A DNA stretch of 64,000 nucleotides from Chrysomallon squamiferum (Eukaryota > Animalia > Mollusca). The translations under genes were made by a program, and so were the position numbers. The stretch covers positions 26,412,001-26,476,000 of the forward strand of contig CM022672.1 in the NCBI GenBank assembly GCA_012295275.1, written 5' to 3'. Below are positions 54,962 to 64,000 of this stretch, piece after piece. The notes under the pieces are model-generated. The model did not search any database, was not told where the DNA came from, and saw only the letters and a program-made list of their open reading frames with translations. Position 1 is the stretch's first letter; the number at the start of each line of letters is the position of its first letter.

Positions 54962-56374
54962 ATACAATTTATATTATTATTATTATTATTATTATTTTTA
55001 TTTTTATTTTTATTTCTACATATATATTTAACTGCATCTTTTACCCGGTAATTAAGTTTCATCCTTTGGTTACGAGTACGCCCTTCATTTCTATATATAT
55101 ATATTTATAGATCACACGTAAACGATAAACAGCGTTGACCTCAGATTACCGAGTTTTATCAAGTGTTCTGTTTCTCAGCTCGCACAGATTCTGCATTTTT
55201 AAAGTATATCTTGTTTTGATCATGTTATGTTTCAAGTTGACACGATGGTCTAAAATGAGAAATTTTCCAGTGTTTGTCAGAAAGAGTCTTTATGGAATGT
55301 ATTTAGTTTACTAATAAAACCTGTGATATAATGATGTAAGAGCGTTGTTCTTTCTTAGAAAACGTTTTCAGATTTTTTTAAAACACGATAATGGAGATAT
55401 AAATTTAGAAAGCTTCAATAATTTTCACCATTCGTAGATTTAGAGTCAGAATTACTATACATTAGTGATATTCTAGCACAAAGAATATAACGTTAGGTGT
55501 TAACATTCTTTTTTTAAATTATTATTGTTGTTGTTGTTATTTTTTTTACTTCTTGTTGTAATTTTTGTTGTTGTGTTTTGTGGGCTTTTTAAAAAAAAAA
55601 AAAAAGCCAGGTAACCGCTTGCACCATTCATTGTCATATAATAATTATGTTATTGTTTTTCAGTAGTTTGTCAAAATATTGCAAAAGTATATTTAAAAAT
55701 AATAATAATAATAATAAAGAAAGAAAGAAAGAAAAGGACAACTTACTCACCAAGTTGCTAAAATATGCCATAAAACTTTTATAACGTAGATCTGGTAGTT
55801 TGAAAATAACCAACAATTTGTTTTCAAAAAACCCTCATAACGAAAGTTGCTCCTTATAGTCGTCTGATATCGTTAAATAAATCAAAATTTAATGTTAATT
55901 AACATATTAGTTTACTTTTTTAACATCTGGAGAACAAGCCGTTAGTTTCGTGTGTAGGCTGAAAGGCTGTACTGTTCTAAATTTTCTAAAATAAATCATT
56001 AAACTATAAATATAAAAAAAACTCAAGCCAAATATTTAACGGTAGGTAAAAATAACTATTTAGCCACATTACCATTTTTGTTTTTATATTATTACAAAGG
56101 AATTACTTTTCTCATCCTGCAGTTTTATTTACGAGTCTTATCTCGCCAGTCATGAAATATTTCACGTATGAAATTACCAGCGAGATATCAGTGGCCCATT
56201 TCCTAAACCGTTAGATTGGAGTTGTTAATGGAACATCAATTCTTGTGGCATAATTTTATGTTTCTTGTTGAGACATGGATTAAAGTGGTCACCTATCTAT
56301 GTGATTTAGAATATTATTGTTTGTAAACACTTCTACCTTAACCTGTTATCGAAATTACAAAAAAGTCCATATCA

Positions 56375-60470
<4,096 letters not shown>

Positions 60471-61755
60471 AGTAATTATCAGATATTTGATGATGTTCTA
60501 TGGATGTGTTAAGACGTTTGTTTTTATCACCGTATGTAAATACCATTATATGTACTGATAAAGCAACTGACTGAACTGTGGTAACTAATGAATATTTTAC
60601 AGATTTCATATAATTCCTTTTTTATTTTTTTTAAACAGTAAAACAAAAAATATTGATGTGTAACCCTTTCTCCTGTTTTGTGTTAGCTACGACAATAGTT
60701 TATTCTTTTCTTGCACGAAGGCACGAGTCTTTCATTGCAAAATATACTCGTTATTTTTTAAAGGTTTTGTGAACTGTTCAGATTTTATCAGTGTTCTTCA
60801 TTTTGTTAAATCCAGTACGAAATAATATCACTAACTGTGAATTCTAAACGGAACAAAGTAACTGCATGTTTCTCGGTAAATGTGGTTGATATATATATAT
60901 ATATATATCCTCTACTATACAAAAGATTCTGACAATCACCAAAAGGTCTCAGAGTTACCAATCTGAAAAGACCATCAGCTGATATAAACATTTCAGATGC
61001 CATAACAGCTAGAAATCATGTTGAACATTTTTTCTAATTTGGTATAAACAAAATATTAAATATATAATAATAAAAAGATAGAATACAGATACATAAAAGC
61101 TATCACGTCCATGTAATGAATCAAAACATTTAAAAAATAAAAAGACAAAAATATAGATATCCAACTAAAATTAAAAAAGCAATCACTTCCGAGAAATGAA
61201 TCAAAATATTTAATCATTGTAATATCAAGATTAACAGTTAACCGATTAACAATAACAAATTGAGAAAACTTTTAACAACATAAACATTTCAGCAATTAAT
61301 TGTCAATTTCATAATTAGATAAACAATAAAAACTGACAAAATAAGTTTCCGAAACAATTCTACATAATGTATTATTATTATTACTATTTTACTTTATTTA
61401 AATATAAAATAAAAATAAAAATTACCTATTTCAATAATGACATTGGGGTTAAGACATTTCACCCGAAACAGTTATAAAAATTTCAAAATATTTACATTTG
61501 AATAAAGAAACAATATGAATTTCATATTGAAATTGTCAAAATTAGAGTAAAATCCTTTAAATGTACCATATAAGATAAAGAGAAAACACGCACAATTTGT
61601 TTAAATGTAGATGAAAAGTTAAAAAATTGAAAAGTTTAGTAAATATTGAAAATAAAATACAATAACATTCAATTCTCTAACTATAACATATTTTTCTTAT
61701 TTTCCGTTTATTATTATTATTATCTTATTTTGAAATTTCTAATACTTTATTCACG

Positions 61756-61800
<45 letters not shown>

Positions 61801-61939
61801 CTCTATATTAAAATTTCTGTTAGTTTTCCAATTAGTAGAATTAATTAATAAATAAATATGACGCGGACTGTAGTCAGATGATTACCTTTGTTTGAACTCC
61901 AGAATGTTACATGCAACTATGTAATTTCTGTTTAATGCT

Positions 61940-63397
61940 TTAAAATAAAAGTGTGCAAGTGTAAAACTGAAGAATAACATATGTATAACATGGCAGACAT
62001 ATATTACTCGAAGATCGATTGTTTATATGGTTGTACATTTCTTTATAATTAACTTGTAGCATGTTGCCATATTTATTCACTAAAGTTGCATCCTCTTTAA
62101 GATCGGTACAAAGAATGTCCATATCTGTGCTACATGATCGGTAATGGTGTACGTAGGCGACATCTTCATCAACAAATTTAACAGAGAAATTTTTCTCATC
62201 TGGCCATGGTCGACTTACATGATGAATTCCAATTTCCAGCAGTTTGTATGGTTCCACCATAACTTTGCTTCTGGTGTTACTCATATACATATTTCTTTTG
62301 GTAACGTTAAGCACTACCAGTGCATCCAACCAAGAAATGTTCTTACTAGTTACTGACTCTGTTGGATAAACAGTGCTTCTGAAGGAATAGGCGCATGTTC
62401 CATTCATTTGAATTTCATTCATCACGTCGGCCCAGTATAATGCACTTGGTAAATGGGGTATGAGAAATTCATCTAAATCAATAAACATTAAATATTTTAC
62501 AGTTAACATGTGTCTATACATACAATCATTTATAGCAATCAGCTGTCCATAATACCATATATTATTAACAGGCTCAATGAACGACGGCAAATCCCATGAA
62601 ATAACAGAAACTACGGATTGTGCTTCGTAATGATCTAGTACGGTGTTTACATCCTTGTTCACCGTGTAATTGTAAAAAAACACATGCTTCGCTCCAAGCA
62701 TTAGCACCATTTCAACAAACTGAACTATAACATCTGACGTGACATTGCCAAAAAGTGGCGGTACACAAACCGCATAATCCATCTGAAGATATGAAGGAAT
62801 TGGTTCAGTTCTGAAAATGGGTAATGTGACAGTTTCATCAGAGTCTGGATTTTTGCGTCCAATCGTCACAAAACAGGGCTGCTTTCCTGAATGCTTATTT
62901 TCAGGAGAACTGCAAGATAATATCCACCCTCCATATGTTCTCATGTGGTTTTCACACATTTCATAATAGGAAACAACCGACGATCTATACTCGTCAGAAG
63001 CAGCTTTGTTTATATCGTCACTGAAATGACACCACAGTGGTGTTTGTTTGGCATCCATCCTCATAATGGTCATAATTCTTATCATCTTTGTTTCTGTTCT
63101 TTTATCCAAGAAGGCAGAATAGAATACAAATTGAGTCCATAAATGGCCTTTTGGTGATTTAAATAATTCCCTGTAGCCTTTTATTTTATTACAGGAATGC
63201 TCATATGGAAACGAATACATACTTAAGGTTTCAAAATTCTCTTCGAGGTATGCGGGAGTGGCATCCACGCGTAAATCTTTGATCACTACAACTTTTGATT
63301 CCATATCTTGATATCTTTGAATGGAAATTATTATGTAAGTCGTTATTGAAGAATAAAAAATTAAAAATAAGAACATAAACATTGACGTTCGAGACAT
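61940..63397 (-). CDS. Glycosyltransferase family 92 (GALT-1/DUF23-like beta-1,4-galactosyltransferase), intronless CDS, 485 aa
   Basis: N-terminal signal-anchor (MFMFLFLIFYSSITTYIIISI); family-type motifs YSAFLD, VCVPPLFG, FVEMVLMLGAKHVFFY, WYYGQLIAINDCMYR, FIDLDEFLIP (DxD), RSKVMVEP, GIHHV, HHYR. Confidence 0.9.
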   Translation of the reverse strand: MSRTSMFMFLFLIFYSSITTYIIISIQRYQDMESKVVVIKDLRVDATPAYLEENFETLSMYSFPYEHSCNKIKGYRELFKSPKGHLWTQFVFYSAFLDKRTETKMIRIMTIMRMDAKQTPLWCHFSDDINKAASDEYRSSVVSYYEMCENHMRTYGGWILSCSSPENKHSGKQPCFVTIGRKNPDSDETVTLPIFRTEPIPSYLQMDYAVCVPPLFGNVTSDVIVQFVEMVLMLGAKHVFFYNYTVNKDVNTVLDHYEAQSVVSVISWDLPSFIEPVNNIWYYGQLIAINDCMYRHMLTVKYLMFIDLDEFLIPHLPSALYWADVMNEIQMNGTCAYSFRSTVYPTESVTSKNISWLDALVVLNVTKRNMYMSNTRSKVMVEPYKLLEIGIHHVSRPWPDEKNFSVKFVDEDVAYVHHYRSCSTDMDILCTDLKEDATLVNKYGNMLQVNYKEMYNHINNRSSSNICLPCYTYVILQFYTCTLLF

Positions 63398-64000
63398 TGT
63401 GTCAAGCTATTCTGTGCAACAATCTTTCGTTTGATCCTTTTCGTGTTTATCGTCTTCTTTTTCGTTTCGGTCCAGAATTAACTTGTACATTTACAATTTA
63501 ATCATACCCAAAACTTAGAACAGTTATGATATTCTTGATATTCATTCAAATATTATGTCGTATCGTACCCGCTTCAGTGCTGAAAGTTTTGATAACAAAT
63601 ATTCCGCCATAACTTTCCTACGAAATACAGAAGCAATAACACGTGACGTTTTGTGACGAAAAAATACATAATAAAAAAAAAATAAAAAAATAAAAAATAA
63701 AAATTAAATATATATACTCAGTAAAAAAAAGTTTGCGAGGTTATTCAAAGTTGGAAAGAGATATTGGTAAAACGATCAAAGTAAAATAATAGTAGAACTT
63801 AATAAAGATACTGATTAGGAGTTAACAATAAATTATGTCATATATATACGGTTCTCACGTGGGTTTTCGAAAACCATATCTGTCTGCAAAGAAAAGATAC
63901 TGAAAAACTTTGACCATCAGCGTAAAACAAAAATAAGGAATAAAAAGTGTTCCAGAAAGCTCTATCAAAATGTCCCAGAACCACCAGTTATTCAGTAACG

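Noticed and set aside
62144-63142. Two short plus-strand ORFs
   Set aside because: Antisense shadows of the GT92 CDS.
61940-63397. Horizontal transfer or bacterial contamination for the intronless gene
   Set aside because: Eukaryotic type II membrane architecture with animal-type GT92 motifs, and flanks continuous in composition with the rest of the window.

Overview
This is AT-rich, microsatellite-dense eukaryotic (animal) DNA. Gene content and repeat style suggest a lophotrochozoan, probably a gastropod mollusc (inference, not proven). Four protein-coding genes can be assembled by hand from GT-AG splice sites with consistent phases. (1) A complete 12-exon STK32/YANK-family Ser/Thr kinase (+, 63..42782, 476 aa) with a 21-kb first intron and a C-terminal hexapeptide-repeat tail. 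(2) A 7-coding-exon RNF4-like SUMO-targeted ubiquitin ligase (+, 50001..53301, 216 aa) with two microexons. (3) An 8-coding-exon secreted S1A serine protease (+, 56375..60470, 302 aa) with an intact triad but several atypical features. (4) A glycosyltransferase family 92 gene with an intronless CDS (-, 61940..63397, 485 aa). Introns hold degraded tRNA-type SINE copies, a Tigger/pogo-like MITE, a foldback relic and many simple repeats. Most ORFs in the supplied track are microsatellite artefacts. I see no multi-gene novel system. The best leads are: the protease (Ala16 N-terminus, apparent C143-C191 disulfide rewiring, two hydrophobic loop insertions); a possibly dual-anchored GT92; a MER46/Tigger4-like MITE; and a structured GC-rich island at 46.26-46.39 kb. 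All coordinates were read by eye and no searches were run.
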